DNA from: Lama guanicoe
Lineage: Eukaryota
Direction of reading: 5' to 3'
Length of the DNA stretch: 64,000 nucleotides
NCBI GenBank assembly: GCA_013239625.1
Contig: MU053810.1
Span: 6,916,122 to 6,980,121 of the forward strand
The notes under the pieces are model-generated. The model had not been told where the DNA came from. It did not search any database and saw nothing but the letters and a program-made list of their open reading frames with translations. Positions 12,696-26,729 of this stretch are shown in pieces. How positions within the stretch are numbered: the first letter of the stretch is position 1; every line of letters begins with the position of its first letter. A program made the translations under genes and the position numbers.

Positions 12696-14191
12696 CTCAA
12701 CAAAGCCCAAATTATAAAATTTGTTATGAAACTGTGGAACAGGTCCTACAGAACTTAACTTTATGGAAACTTTTTAAATGTGATTTAAACAAAATCCAAG
12801 CACATAATGCTTTAATATTAAGAGGCAATAAGCAGGATTCTAGAACTAAAAATGTTATTAAATTAGCATAATTTAATATAATTTTTCCTAAACAGATGGT
12901 CCCTAACCACTTTTTTGAAAAAGAATAACTTTTCTATAATTCTAGCAACATTGTTTTCCCAATAATTTAATTCCTTTTTCTTTGTCACCATAACTCAGCT
13001 TTTATATAGCTTCAATTCCCAGCACACACGAAAGTCAGAATTTAGGAAATGGAAGATGAAGTATCTATATTTACAATCAGGAATTTACTTAATTGATTAT
13101 ACTACATCAAAAACAAAATAAAGGTTTAGTTCATTTCCATAACGCTGGGTAGAGTTATAATACTTCATAATATCTCTTCAATGTCCATCTAAATAGTTAC
13201 ATGGCTTTGATGGTTTGGTAGCATGAAGCAAAATTAAGTTTTTTAAAACACCTGCATTAATGGGCTTTAAAAGAGTGGGTCACTTTTTGACCTCAGAAAC
13301 ACATACTCATCTACCTTGGAGTTTGATAATTTGCTTCTCAGCTGTCACCAGTTTCCTTATGCTGGTCTATATGTAGTGAACGCTGTGGAGTAAGTTGTTT
13401 TACACATCAGACACAATTCCTATGCTGTTAAGTAATGCGTATCTATTGGAGATGCATATTAGTTACTCGTCACATAAAATTATCTCCTCAGTAAAGCTCT
13501 TCTATGCTCCCTTTATATCATTACTATTTCTTCAAATAGTAATAAATAGCTTATTTTAGAAGCCAGCCTATTTTATCATCCACATGTTATATAGGATGTG
13601 GTGGGACCACATGAAGTGTGTGCATGTATATGTTTTCTGAAGACATGAGGAAAGTAAATATCTACTAAAGAAAAAAAGTTTTAGGAAGAGTTCAGCAATG
13701 CAATCAAAACAATCGTAGACATCTGTGTTTTATAAATAACTTTAATAAAAAATGCTGACTTCAAAGGCAGAATAATACATGGGCTAGGTGGAGACAAAAG
13801 CATCCCAACTGTAAAAGATCCATCACAGAGGAAGTGGTGCACTACCAACTTGCCTCTTTTTCTAAACCACATATACCAGAGAAACATCATGTTGAGTAAA
13901 AACCATTTTCTTCAATGCATAAAGAAGGTACAGAAGAAGTGAACTGGGAAGCACTTCTCTTTAATTTGCTACAGTCCATAATAGGCCTGCCTGGCTAGAC
14001 TTCCTGAAGTACTTTAGTCATAGTAGGTAGGAATTAACTCATCTTTTTAATCCCCAAAATATGCTTACAGTAAAGGGAGTGCTATTTTCTACACATGATG
14101 GAAATCTTTACATTGGTACAAAAGAGTTAAGATATTAATTCCCTTAAGAAAGTCCTTGAATATTCTCAGGACAGATTTTCAACTGCAGGTA

Positions 14192-14234
14192 AAATAAACT
14201 GCTTCTCTCTGTCAAATAAACTGCTTCTCTCTGT
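14192..14234. repeat. 22-bp tandem duplication
   Basis: aaataaactgcttctctctgt-c-aaataaactgcttctctctgt. Confidence 0.9.
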
Positions 14235-15824
14235 GTGCAAGTGAGAAGAATCTAGGTAAGACTGTGTAATCTACTAAGTCATTCCCCTTTAGGTTAAGTG
14301 GTATTGCTAGTGACAATAAGGGTGCCAGAACTGGAAGTGTGACTGAAACAGTGCCTGGTGAGCACATCCCACAAAGCAAACTAGAAAGGATAGGGAAGAA
14401 CATAGGTGATAAAGCAGGGTGCATCTCCAGGAACTGGAAAACAATACAGCGCTTATAAGCAGTGAAATTTTAAAATAACCTTGGAATCAGAATATCTGAA
14501 TTCCAGTCCCAGCTATGACATGTTGTGTGACTTTGGATAAGACATGCCCTTCTTGTCTTACAGAATCCTTCAGCTCTTAGGTTCTAGAATCCCATGAAAT
14601 TATGATGTTGACATCTGCATGGATATACCTATAATTCTAGGAGCTCAGCCTTGGTTCATAAAATTTTAAGTCTAGTACATCCCCAGATAACCTTCCTCTT
14701 GTGTTGTAATTTGAAGGAACATTTGCTGTTCTATTTCTTTGCCTCACAAGCAGCCAGCATTTTTCCTCCAAATAAGGCTTCCCCTCCTCATCTAATCCCT
14801 GATCACTGTGTTTATCCTAGTGTATTTTGACTGTTTCTATTTCCATTCCATTTTGTACAGGAGGACCAACTTCTGTCTTGATGAATGAATCTCCTGAGAG
14901 AAGTAATCCATTTTTATAAACATTCTAGTAAGGTAATTTCCACTCAAAATAGAAAGCTGACATTTGTACATATTCCTGTCTACATTTATAAATTGACTTG
15001 AGCATGAGAGCACGTAAATAAGAGATGGGATCTTGAGATAGGATAAAGAAAAAAGGGCTAGAGAGAGGAGAGCAAAGGAGCAAAAGAAAGCAAAGGAGAG
15101 GAAATAGAAAATAGGAGAAATAACAAAATAAATCATCTGTCAGAGCAGTGAGACATTATGCCATCTGTATTATCTGAATAAGCACCAAATCAAAATTTTT
15201 CCTGGTTAAGAAAATTTGACAAGAGAATAAAAAAATAACAAATAAGCAAACAACATGTTACTAAATATAATACTTCATAAGTTTTGCAAGAATTCAGAAA
15301 ACTCAAGCCTAAATAATTTTAACTGTCAATACCACTAAGTTACATTATGACTGGGCTAAGAGGCTACATTATTCTGTAGTTCAGAAATGTTTCTCTGCCC
15401 TCTGAGTATCTAATGCCTTCATTCATCACTGTTCATCTGGATTTCAGACAGCTACCCTCTGAGTTCTTTGATGACTAGAAGTATGTGAGCTGGTTTGAGA
15501 TGACCTAGGAGGCATTCATTACCCCCAAAAAACAACTAGGGGCACTACTGGGCATTTTCAGTCACAGTGAAACTTATTTCAATAGTGTAATATCATGTCT
15601 CTCACTTACCTATTTTTTAGAATAGAACTTGGTAGAGAAAGCATTCAAGAGCCCTTGGTTTCTGCAGCCACACTATAAAGCCTTACCTTCACCTGCCACC
15701 TAACAAATGTGTGATCAGGGTGGATGAACCAGAGTATGCTTACCATCACTTCAAGGTACACTGCTTAAAACAGACAACTCTCTGAAAACGGGGCTGTATG
15801 TAAATAAGATGTCTTCCTATAATA

Positions 15825-16640
15825 TCATTTCTTTCATTCCTTCAATGTTTAAGTCACTGTTAAGCTAAGCATTGTGCTAAGAATCAAAGATAAAATTAGG
15901 AGCAGAACAGACACATGGAGCTTAGAGTTTAATGAAAGAAACAGACACAAGTAAAATCATCACATAAATAAAGATGCAATTTAAAATTATTAGAAAACTA
16001 TGAAGAAAGATTTGCCATGACAGCAAATAACAGAAAAAGACAAATCTAGCCTGAAGTCAGAAGCTTCTCTAAGGAGATGCTGTTTCAGCAGACTACTGAA
16101 GGAGAGAATGAACTAAATAGATAAACTAGATACAAATGGGAGAAAGATATCCAAGCAGAGTTAAGTATCCTGAGCTATGAGACAGCATGGAAATTTGGAG
16201 TCGTGAAAAGAAAGCCCAGCCATTGTCAATGGGCCAAGAGTAAGAGCAATGAGATGAAGATAAAGAAGTGATCAGGGCCGGAGCATGCAGGAAATTATAG
16301 GCCATGATAAGGATTTTGGACTTCATCCTAAAAGCAGTGACAGCATCAGAACTAAGCAGGGGAATGGCATATCAGTTTCTTCATTCTCTTAACTATAGTG
16401 AAGAGAGGACAACAATGGATTGAAGAGATCTATTAGAAAGCTAGAGTTCTGGGTAATTTTGAATTACATCATTGCTGGGTAGTTGTTAAGTATACAAAAA
16501 TATTTATGAAGTAAAATCAACAGGAGTTGGATAAGTTGATGAGGAAGAGGGAAATGTAAAGGAAGGCTTGTAGATTTCTGGCTTGTGCAAGTTGGTAGAT
16601 GGTGGTGTCATTCATTACATAGGGGGAATGGAAGAGGACC
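15825..16640 (-). mobile_element. L2 fragment
   Basis: catggagcttagagtttaatg; taggccatgataaggattttggacttcatcctaa; tagatttctggcttgtgcaagttggtagatggtggtgtcattca. Confidence 0.75.
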
Positions 16641-16649
16641 AGATTGGAG

Positions 16650-17685
16650 CATTTATCTTATAACTGGATGTTTGTACCTTTGGACCAACCATCTTCAATT
16701 TGCCCTCTCCTTCTCTAGCCTCTGGTAACCACAATGTGATCTCTTTTTCTATGAGTTTGGATTTTGTCTTTTTTTTTTTCAGGTTCCATATACAAGTGAG
16801 ATCATATGGTATTTGTCTTTGTCTGACTTGTTTCATTTAGCATAATGTACTCAAGGTCCACCTATGTTGTCTCAAATGGTAGGATATCCCCATTTTTATG
16901 GCTGAGTAATATTCCATTGTGTGTATATATGGATATATGTGTATGTGTATGTGTACAAACACACACACACCACATTGTCTTTATCCAGTCATCTGTCAAT
17001 GAACACTTAGGTTGTTTCCTTGTAAATTCCATTGCTATGAACATGGAGAGGGATGTAGATATCTCTTTGACACAGTGTTTTTCTTTCCTTTGGCTATATT
17101 ACCAGAAGTGGAATTGCTGGATCATATGGTAGTTCTATTTTTTTTTCTATCTACATATTTTTTTATTGAAGTATAGTCAGTTTACAATGTAGTGTCAATT
17201 TCTGGTGTACAGCACAGTGTTTCAGTCATATGTGAACATACATATATTCATTTTCATATCTATTTTTAATTTTTTGAGGCTCTTCCATACTATTTTTCCA
17301 TTGTGGCTTTATCACTTTAGAATCCCACCAACAGAACACAATGATTCCCTTTTTTCCACATCCTCACCAGCATTTAACTCTTGTCTTTTTGATGATGGTC
17401 ATTCTGACAGGTAATGAGGTAATATCTCATTGGATTTTGATTTGCATTTCCCTAACAATCAGTGATGTTGAGCATCTTTTCATGTACCTGTTGGCCATTC
17501 ATATTCATATATCTTCATTGAAAAAATGTCTTTTCAGGTCCTTTGTCCATTTTTAATTTGAATTATTTTTTTCTTTGCTATTGAGTTGTATGAGTTCTTT
17601 ATATATCTGGGATATTAACCCCTTATCAGATGCAAATATTTTTCCCATTCCATAGGTTGTCTTTTCACTTTCTTGATTGTTCATA
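16650..17685 (-). mobile_element. L1MA9-like L1 3' region (sense to GPR158) with a nested short L1 3' end
   Basis: gcctctggtaaccac; gttccatatacaagtgagatcatatggtatttgtc; agaagtggaattgctggatcatatggtagttctatt; gatgttgagcatcttttcatgtacctgttggcc. Confidence 0.9.
17145..17258 (-). mobile_element. Severely 5'-truncated younger L1 3' end nested in the L1MA9-like element
   Basis: ttttttattgaagtatagtcagtttacaatgt...catacatatattcattttcata, flanked by tctattttt on both sides (TSD-like). Confidence 0.7.
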
Positions 17686-18644
17686 TGGTTTTAAACAGCA
17701 ATTTTCCCCTTTTACCCTAAGTGTGTAACCATGAGCAAATTAATTAACCTTTATAAAGCTATGGTGGAGTATACCTAAAGTATCTTATTTTACACCTTGA
17801 TAAATATATGTTTAAAATCTAAAATGATCAGAATCTAACTTTATGTTCCCCCATTTTCCTACATGAACCATCTGCTCTATTCAAACTAAAATTAATCCCT
17901 CAATAAGTTAACTAATATTATTAAATATCAGAAATTCATTGATTCATTCAAAAAAATAAGCTGTCAATGTAGTAGGTCTTAGGTCAGGGTATTGAAATGT
18001 TAAAGTATATACAGAAAGTAATATGATCTTCATTTTATAGGTGAAGAAAATGAGATAAGAACTTTTCATTAAAGTCACAAGTATTTGCTTAAACAAGTTA
18101 CTTGCAAAAAGCCAAACCCAGGTTTCTTGGCTCCCATCTACAAATCATTAAAACTAAATAACAAAAGGACATATGCATCACCTTAAATTACTTAGAAAGT
18201 TCCTAACATAGCTCACAGATTTTTCTAAATTATAAGTTTATTTGAAAATAATTTACTGAATATCAATGATATTTTATGGACCTTATTTGAGCCTCATTGT
18301 CAAGGCAAAGACTGATAACATTGTAATACCTCATGACTAACCTACTCCTCTATATCCTACCCTAGTTTTGCCTCCATTTCCATGTGAACTAAATCTGCAC
18401 ACAAAAATAGAAGCTATTTTGGTGACATTCTAGAAGGAAGGACAAACTGGAAGAAAAAGGTTCCACCTAGAAGATACCTTTAGGTGACTTGCTGTCTGCA
18501 TTTTATTTTTTAAATGCCTTTCATTGGGAATACTAATTCACAGCTTTTTGAGGCAGGGTCAACTTACTTGAGATATAATTCACATATAAAAATTCACCAA
18601 TTTTAAGTATATAATTCAATGAGTCTTAACAAATATAAATTTGT

Positions 18645-18813
18645 AAGTTCTTAGGGCCATAGATTTCATTTATGAATCTGATCTAATCTATGAAGACTCT
18701 CCCTTGAAAAATGCACATACACCTAATATGTTACATAAAATTGCAAAGACTTCACAGGTATCCTAAAGCTTATCCATGCATCCTCATAGATGGACCCTAG
18801 GTTAAAAAACATT
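18645..18813. mobile_element. MER103-like hAT-Charlie element
   Basis: gaaaaatgcacatac...cataaaattgcaaagacttcacagg...atccatg...ggaccctaggttaaaaaacattg. Confidence 0.6.
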
Positions 18814-19439
18814 GATCAAGAAATAGTAAAGTACCTAAAAGGAATTATAGTCAAGTAAACATTCTTTTCATGTTGAACACTTTCTTCTTTATCCTATTCA
18901 TAACATAAAGAGTATTCTCTTATCTCACTTGATCTCTAACATATATTCAGAAAATTGTTGTGTGTAATACTGAAATGTAGATCAGATTACATATAAAAGA
19001 TATACTCCACTTCAAGATACTGCTTGCAAAAAACATACTTATGCTTTGGTTTTTGTCTCACAAATACAAACAAACAAACAAAAAACCACTGCATTTAAGT
19101 ATAATTTATTTCAACAAGATACACTGAGAGGTTGATAAATACCAAACCAAAGCAAAAGAAAAGCATCCTTATCTTGGGTAAATGCACCATTTTGCTTAGG
19201 CTTCTTAAAATATTAAAAATAGGTCACAGAGCCAGTTCTATTTTCAAGCAAGCATGAAACCCATAGATAGCACTGGAAACTGGGAAAGGTACTCTTTAGA
19301 TATCATTGTGACAAGTTTTAAGAACATCATCTTGGCATATGAAGGATCTGTCTAATACTATCAGCAAATGTAACCCAAATGAAGAAACACTATGATACCA
19401 GCATAGCAAATAGTGTCAAAGTCTTCAGTGCCCTTTGTT

Positions 19440-20036
19440 TGTTTTTTTTTTTCTGCTGTGTAACAAACCACCCCAAAGCTTAGAGGCTTAAAACAAGAGA
19501 GCTGTGTTCTCTCTCACAGTTGTGTGCATGGATTCAGGTCAGCTGGGCCTCTCATGCTTAAGTTATGCACTTGCAATCAGATGACAGCTGAGCCTGGAGT
19601 CATATGAAGGCTGGTCTGGACACCTAAGATGGTTCTACACTCATGTGTCTGGTGCTTCAGGTGGGATGGATGCAATAGCCATGAACTAGCCAAATGAATA
19701 TATGCATATAATATACATAACTATAAACATGTGTACATATATAGATATCTTTCCACGTGACCTCTTCAAGTGCCTCATCTGAGTAACCTTGCAGCATGGA
19801 AATCTAAAGGTTAATTGGACTTCTTACATAGCAGGTGGCTTACCCCAGAATAAGCTTTCCAAGAAATCAGGGCAAAAGTTGCAGGGCTTTTTATGACCTG
19901 TCTTCAGAATATGTGCAGCATCAGTCTGGTTACAAATAGCCAGCTCAGATTCAATGTGTAGAAGACAGAGAAGGGCATAAATACCAAGAGGAGTGATTCA
20001 CTGGAAAGGCAGGGTCTTTGGAACCTAGTTGCCACA
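19440..20036 (-). mobile_element. MaLR MLT1 (H/I/J-like) solo LTR
   Basis: tgctgtgtaacaaaccaccccaaagcttagaggcttaaaaca...ggacttcttacatagcagg... Confidence 0.8.
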
Positions 20037-21632
20037 TAACTAGTTTGTGAAATAAGAGCCATAGGTCAAAAATACCTGAGATATGACAATTAGGAATGGC
20101 TTTCTTAAAAACAAACCTGTGATATATCCAACAAGGTGAAAATTCAGGTCTCCAAATACCAAAAGATAGCATTAACCAACAGGCCACATTTTATAAAATT
20201 TATTGTGCCATGTATTGGACCTTATAGCCACTTCTAGGCACATACGATCATCGCAGCAGCAGAATTTTTGAAAAATAGTAATAAGCAGCATCTTTAAACA
20301 GGAAATGAAATTATAATAGCTTTTTTTTAAAAGAAACTAAACCTATTAACAAAATAAAATGTCAGAAAATTTATTTCACAGTCTGGAAATAAAAGCTTTC
20401 CTTTCAGGTTTCCTTTATCCATGCTTATTTTATCCTGATACTCAAATGCAAAATACTTAAAAGTTACTCCAAATGTCTCAGATTCCAAAGTGCATTGCAA
20501 TCATTAATTAGTTATTCCACACAACATTCCCTGGAGGAAAATAATGATAATTATCCATTATTATGGAAAGCAGTAGCAGGCTTCTAAAGACCAGCTCGCC
20601 TAAGCGCATACCCAAAGAATGTGGCTTTTCTCTAAAGCTTTCCAGATCTCACCTCTCACCATTAAATCCTAAGAAGTCTGCCTTTCCTGGTTGGGAAGAT
20701 GTCTTTTATCTTGAAGACACTAAAATTAATGTGTTAAACTAATCATTTGCTAATATTGTAACTAGATCACTATTTACTTAGCCCAAGCCCTAATAGATAT
20801 ATAAGAAAGCTCCAACTTGTTTGACTTGCAGGAAATGTCATCATTATTTCTCCAGAAGAAATAATTATAAATTTATAATTGTGTCACATTTTTGGATGTG
20901 CTAGTATTACATTAAAGACAGCCATAAAACATACCATTCTAATAGCATACGATGATCAATTAACATACTCTGACCTAGAACAAAGTATGGTGACCACCCT
21001 ACCTGTCTGTTTTGCTACCACTGGCCTCACTGCTCCTGTCATTTACCATCTCCTTTTTTATTATTAGCTCCAAAGGAGAAAGGGCTGTGGCAGTCTTAAT
21101 GGTTAAAAGCCCAGATCATCTTACAAACAAAACAGAATGCTTTTCTGAGCAAATCTGCATTATTCAAAAAGATAACTGACTCTGCCATGTTAATTGACTC
21201 TAATTTATTCCATGGAAATTACTTCATTTTCTGTGCTAAGCTATTCATAATCCAAGCATATCACATACTGATTTGCTGAGACTATGAAACTAGTCTATCA
21301 GAATTAATTAGCAAATTAAGAGACTGCACTAAAAATTTCTCAGCAGAGGAAAACAAGATTGCATAGTGTGAAAGACGTAAAAAGAGAATATAGAATATTG
21401 CAAAGAAAAGTAAAACAAGTTGAACGTTTTCCTATTCAGTTGACCACAGATAGAGTAGATTTAGTTACACAGAAAGCATATCAGTTTGAAGAAGGGGGTC
21501 AGGAGGATTAGAAAGTTAGTGTTTTATGTACATGTGGTCACCTGGCCTCTGAAAGAAACTATTTGGCTGAGGAAAGTGAAAAGACAGGTGAACAGGAATA
21601 GACATGAATCAAAATGGGCAGCTAGAGTATAA

Positions 21633-21793
21633 GGAGTTGTTCTGAACCTTGGCTGCACAATGGAATCCTGTGGGACCTTTAAAAATTACTGATGTCTCAG
21701 AGATTTTAATTTATCTGGAGTGTGGCCTGATCATCAGGAGTTTTAAAAGCTTCTCAGGTGGTTTCAATGTGCAGCAAACTTTGAGAAGGACTG
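21633..21793. mobile_element. MER5A-type MITE
   Basis: gttctgaaccttggctgcacaatggaatc...ttttaaaagcttctcaggtggtttcaatgtgcagcaaactttgagaaggactg. Confidence 0.8.
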
Positions 21794-23524
21794 ATGTAAA
21801 TGTTAGTCATGGTGAGGTGGGACAGAGTTCAGGACAGGAGGCTGTCATTATGTGTAAAGTCTAAGGGGAAATACTGGTTTTGGCAACACAGCAGAAAAGG
21901 TTTTCACCCCCATGTGGTATAGCACAACTAAAATGCTAGATAAAATATTTTAAAACATTTTTTTTCTGATGCATTTTCCAGCTGACAAGAAATTAAGATA
22001 ACTTCTCAAAGGTCAAAATGAAAAGAAAGCACAAATCCTCAGATGTCAATAGCATGGGAAGTGGCAGCGGCTTTGAAGTCTATGGCAATTCTTGCTAACC
22101 TGGACCCTGAGTTTTAATCAGCTACATGTGGAGAACAGACGACCAAGCCAAAGTCCCTTTAGAGTGAATGGGCAGATTAGAGATGCCCCCTTAAACCTGA
22201 TGCCTTTGAAGGGTGACATCCTCAGAATGTGAAAGGCGGGATGGGTGGACAAAAACAAAGACAAAAACAACAACAAAAAAACTGTCCTACTGAAAGAATA
22301 ATACAAGTCATTCTTAGCCTTAACTCTGGATTCTTTGGAAGAAAGGGAAGAAGTCTGTCCTATGTAGGAATTCATATCAACTGTGTGGCCTACAAATTCT
22401 CAGGCCAAAAATTTAGTTGAAGCTGTCCTAAGACAGTGGTGACCATACTAGCATAAGCAGGCACAATTCTTCTCTGAAAGAACACGTTTTGATCCAGACC
22501 TAGAAGAATGTGCACATGATGCTCTGAGAAATAGGACCTTGTAGTACGTGGAAAAAATAGGCCTCTCTGAAAGAGAGTCATAAGGGAAAAAAAGGAAAAG
22601 AATAAAAAAAAAACTGTAATTATCTGGTATTGAGGGGAAAACAAAGTAAATTCCTTGACCTAATAAAATATATGTTCCAAACAAACAAAATTCTATCACG
22701 AATATCATACACAGTTAAATCATTTTTTAAAAAGCAGGGAAAATACAAGGATTCCTATTCTCATAACTTCTATTCAACATTGTACTGGAGACTGGAGTCA
22801 GTGGAATAAAATAAGATAGATAAAAAGCATGAGGAGTGGAAAAGAAGAAAGGAAACTGTCATTGTACATAGACAATAAACCTCAAAGAAAAATATTATAG
22901 TTATTAATAGAGTTTAGCCAGGTAGATGTAAATAAGGTCAGCATATAAATTTTTCCTGAATTTTATGAATTTTACATTTAGAGAGATACCATTTACCATA
23001 GTAACACAAAAATAAGGTAGCTAGGGATAAATCTAAAAAGTGATGTGCAAGGCCTTAGAGAATATTATAAACATTAGTTTAAGACATTAAAAATGACCCA
23101 AATTAAAAGAGAGATATACTGTGCTCAAAAACAGGAATACAATATTCTAATCTCAGTTCTCCCAAAGTGGTTATAATACAGTTCAATCAAATACTAAGTG
23201 GAGTTTTTGTAGAACTTGACAAGTTGATTTTTAAGATTTACGCAGAAGAGGGAAAGCCAAGAAAGGCCAAAGCACATCTAAAGGAGAATCAGAAGGGAAG
23301 AATCAGGGCTTTCCTTGTCAGATCTCAAACCTTATAATAAGGCTACAGGAATTGGGAAGTTGGATGTGAGCACAGGGACAGACAACTAAAACAATTTTTT
23401 GAAAAACACAGAGCCTAGAAACAGACTCACACATACATGGAAACATTATATAACAGAGCAGGCACTGGACATAAGTGGAAAAAGAAAGAAAAAATTTTTT
23501 TCTGAGACAGTTAGTTAGCCATAT

Positions 23525-23746
23525 CAAGGGTTGGCAACTACAGTCCACAGGCCAAATCCAACAAACCTCTTGCTTTTATAAATAAAGTTTTATGGGGACA
23601 CAACCATGCTCATTCATTTACAGCTTGTCTTTGGCTGCTTTTGTGGTACAATGGCAAAATTAAGTATATTACAACAGGGACCATACAACCTGAGAAGCCT
23701 AAAATAGTCACTATCCTATCCTTTACAGGAAGTTTGCTGACCCTTG
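23525..23746. mobile_element. MER58A hAT-Charlie MITE nested in L1
   Basis: TIRs caagggttggcaa.../...tttgctgacccttg; internal taaataaagttttatggggacacaaccatgctcattcattta. Confidence 0.9.
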
Positions 23747-24458
23747 ATTGATATTTTTAAAAAATTAGAATGAATTCCTACCTTCTACCATAACATAAAT
23801 CAAGTCCAAATACATAGAGAATATAAATGGGAATGGCAAAAACTTTAAGACCCATGGAAGAAATTACAGAAAAATATTTCTATGATTATGGGGTAAGGAA
23901 GGATTTGTTTTAAAAGATGTAAAAAGCAAAAATCATAAAGAGTTTTTTAAAAAAATAATATATTAAAATTCAGTTCCTCAAAAACACTATAAACACAACC
24001 CACAACTTGAGGTAAGATATTTAATCACAGTAAGCCACAAAAGGATTAACATACACAACATCTAATCAAATCCTACAAATCAGTAATATGAGCAACCTAA
24101 AAGACAAATAGAAAAAGGAAAACAAGACAGTCATCACACCATGAGGTAGAAACAGGAATGACCAATTAACGTAAGAATAAAAAGTTTATATCATTAGTAG
24201 GCAGAGAGATGAAAATTGAAACCACAATGAAATGCCATTTCACATCCTCTATATAAACCAAAATTAAAGAATTAGACAATATCAAGGGCCGTGGATGTGG
24301 CAGAACACTGGAACTCACTGGCAGTGCTGATGGGAATACAAACTGGTACATCCACTTGAAGAAACAATCCGCACTACAGATGAAGTGAAGCATGCATATA
24401 GTCTATGGCCCAGCAATTCCATTCCTTAGGGGAATTCTTGCACACATACACCAGAGAT

Positions 24459-24521
24459 ATGGCTATTGAAACCATGCTTATTGAAATGTATGCTTATTGA
24501 AATGCATGCTTATTGAAACAC
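24459..24521. repeat. Short minisatellite, four copies of a ~16-bp unit ATGCTTATTGAAAnnn
   Basis: atggctattgaaacc|atgcttattgaaatgt|atgcttattgaaatgc|atgcttattgaaacac. Confidence 0.85.
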
Positions 24522-26729
24522 TGTTCTGATAGAAAAAGAAAGAAAAAACTGAAAACAACATAAATGTTCACTGACCACAGAACTGATAAATAAATTATGG
24601 TATATTCACACAGTAGCACATTACACAAAACTGAAATTGAATAAATGAATAGAGCTGCACACGTCCAATTAGAATGAGTATCAAAACTTTACATGATGTA
24701 ACGTAAATATAAATTGCATTTATAAAGTATTTTTCAAAAATAAAAACTAAAAACGTTATTGTTTAGAGATACATATGTATACAGTAAAACTAATGAAACA
24801 GCAAAGAAAGGATATGTAAAAGATTTTTTAAACTCTCTAAAAAGAATTCTTTCATTGGTAGGTAGTAGCAGGAAGATGCATTTTGGGAGATAACCAAAGG
24901 AGGCACCAAACATTTAGAAACAGAATGGCATTTACATGGGTCTTGCTATTATTATTATTACTAGTATTATTAACCCTGTTGATATACTATATACAGTCAC
25001 TTATATGCAGGACATATTTCATAATAAAAAAGGAAGAAAGGTAGGAAGGGAGCGAGGAAGGGAAGGAGGCCAGGAGGAGGTCAGCTAGTCCAGCAGCCAT
25101 ATTTAAAGGCTAAAAGTTTCAATGGACACTGATTATACTTAAGCATTCTTATTTTTAAGAAAGAAAACTTAAGATACAGGAATTACTACAGGGCTTATAA
25201 TATAATTAAGTTCTATATTAATTTTTGAACACATCAATAAAAGAATACATTGAATGAGCAAATGCATGCATGCAGGATTTACATAGAGGTGATTTAATAC
25301 CCTGAATGAGCAGTGTCTTACACCTAGTGTAAAAACCTACTTGAATTCTTTTATCTTAAATGTCTTAGACCTCTGAAGGTGGTCTAGGCACCAGGTGAAA
25401 CTCTCCTGTAGTTAAAAGTATCTCATAGAAATCATTTCCAAGAGAATACATTATTTTTACTTCTTAATAGTATGTAGCCTTGGAATCAACTGGTGAAACC
25501 ACATTTTATTCCTGTTTTGTAGAAGAAAGGCATTCGCATGCCAAAGAGTCAGAACGGGTATAGCATGAGCAACAGAGAGAATTTTTCATCCTCTTCATTT
25601 TCCCTAACCCTCTTGGACAGGCGATGATGCTTGGTTCAAGGACAAGAAACCAGTATAACAAGCCTAATTGTGTAAGTAGAAACATTCATTATGTAAGTAG
25701 ACATGGATATGGACTTATATAACTTGCAAACTTAGCCAAAAATTAAAGGTCTTTCAAAATAACTAGATACAAATTAATGACATAATAAGAAAGTGATTTC
25801 TATTTAATAAGCAGAATAAACAAAATAAGAATATATAAAGAGGTATCAAAAATGTTTTCAAACGTTGAGAAATTATTTTGGAAAAACTAGAAAAGGGAAA
25901 AAAGACAGCAGATGTAGTTTACTTACTCTGTTGATAAGAAGATAGAGCAGAATCATTTCCTCCCTTATTTCTAAATTGAAAATCAGCCTTTTATGGCAGC
26001 CACATACTACCATTGGCTCACATAGAACTCAATATTAACCAAAATTTCTAAGACTTTCTCACAATTATTAAGAGGTATACTAAGCCATCTATTCACCAAC
26101 CTGTACCTGAGACACTGTTTTTTCTTGTTTAGGGAAAAGAGTAATGCAGGGCTTTATATTTATCTCCGTCAAAAATTATCTTGCTAATTTCAGCTGATTG
26201 TTTTTATTGCTAGAATATTTTTGGATCTCAATTCAGTAACTGCAATACATTTACTAATGCTATTAGCTTTGTCTCATCTGCAGATTTGCTGAGCATATCT
26301 CTATGTTTAACTAGGGCATGAAACAGGACAACCAAGGATGACAATTAAAGCACACTACTTTTAAACATCAGATTCTTCATGTGGAATGCATAAAGTATAC
26401 TGAACTCCAACAGATTCTTGGATGTCACCTCTAAATAAAAACACATCTTCTTTTTCTAAATATCTTCATAATATTTTCAGGGTATGATAGTAATTAAAGA
26501 AGGTGCTTAATATTTATTTTGCTGCTAAAAATAGGGTTAAAAAAAAAACTAAAGTATTCATTAATTGTTTGGTAAAGACTACTGAGTAATGAATGTGAAT
26601 GGTAACCACAGGCTTACTGTGGCTATGGAAGGCCATTAGTCACAGCACTATCTAATAATACACCTACAAGCACACTTTGATCTTGGACAAGGCTGAAAAT
26701 AGAAACTCAGTCTGAAAAGACAAGGCATA

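Larger units (their letters stand above)
21880..25030 (+). mobile_element. Degraded L1ME-like element (5' region fragments, ORF2 remnants, 3'UTR)
   Basis: tctattcaacattgtactggag; agaacttgacaagttgatt; gaaaccacaatgaaatgccatttcacatc; ggcccagcaattccattccttagg. Confidence 0.8.

Noticed and set aside
13432..13462. Imperfect hairpin taatgcgtatct/agatgcatatta
   Set aside because: Stem is too short for a pre-miRNA and relies on G:U pairs.
24459..24521. Repeated 13-bp core as a possible CRISPR-like array
   Set aside because: Spacers are only 2-3 bp and the context is a eukaryotic L1; it is a simple minisatellite.
26525..26534. Perfect MEF2 site CTAAAAATAG
   Set aside because: Isolated motif in AT-rich sequence with no supporting cluster.
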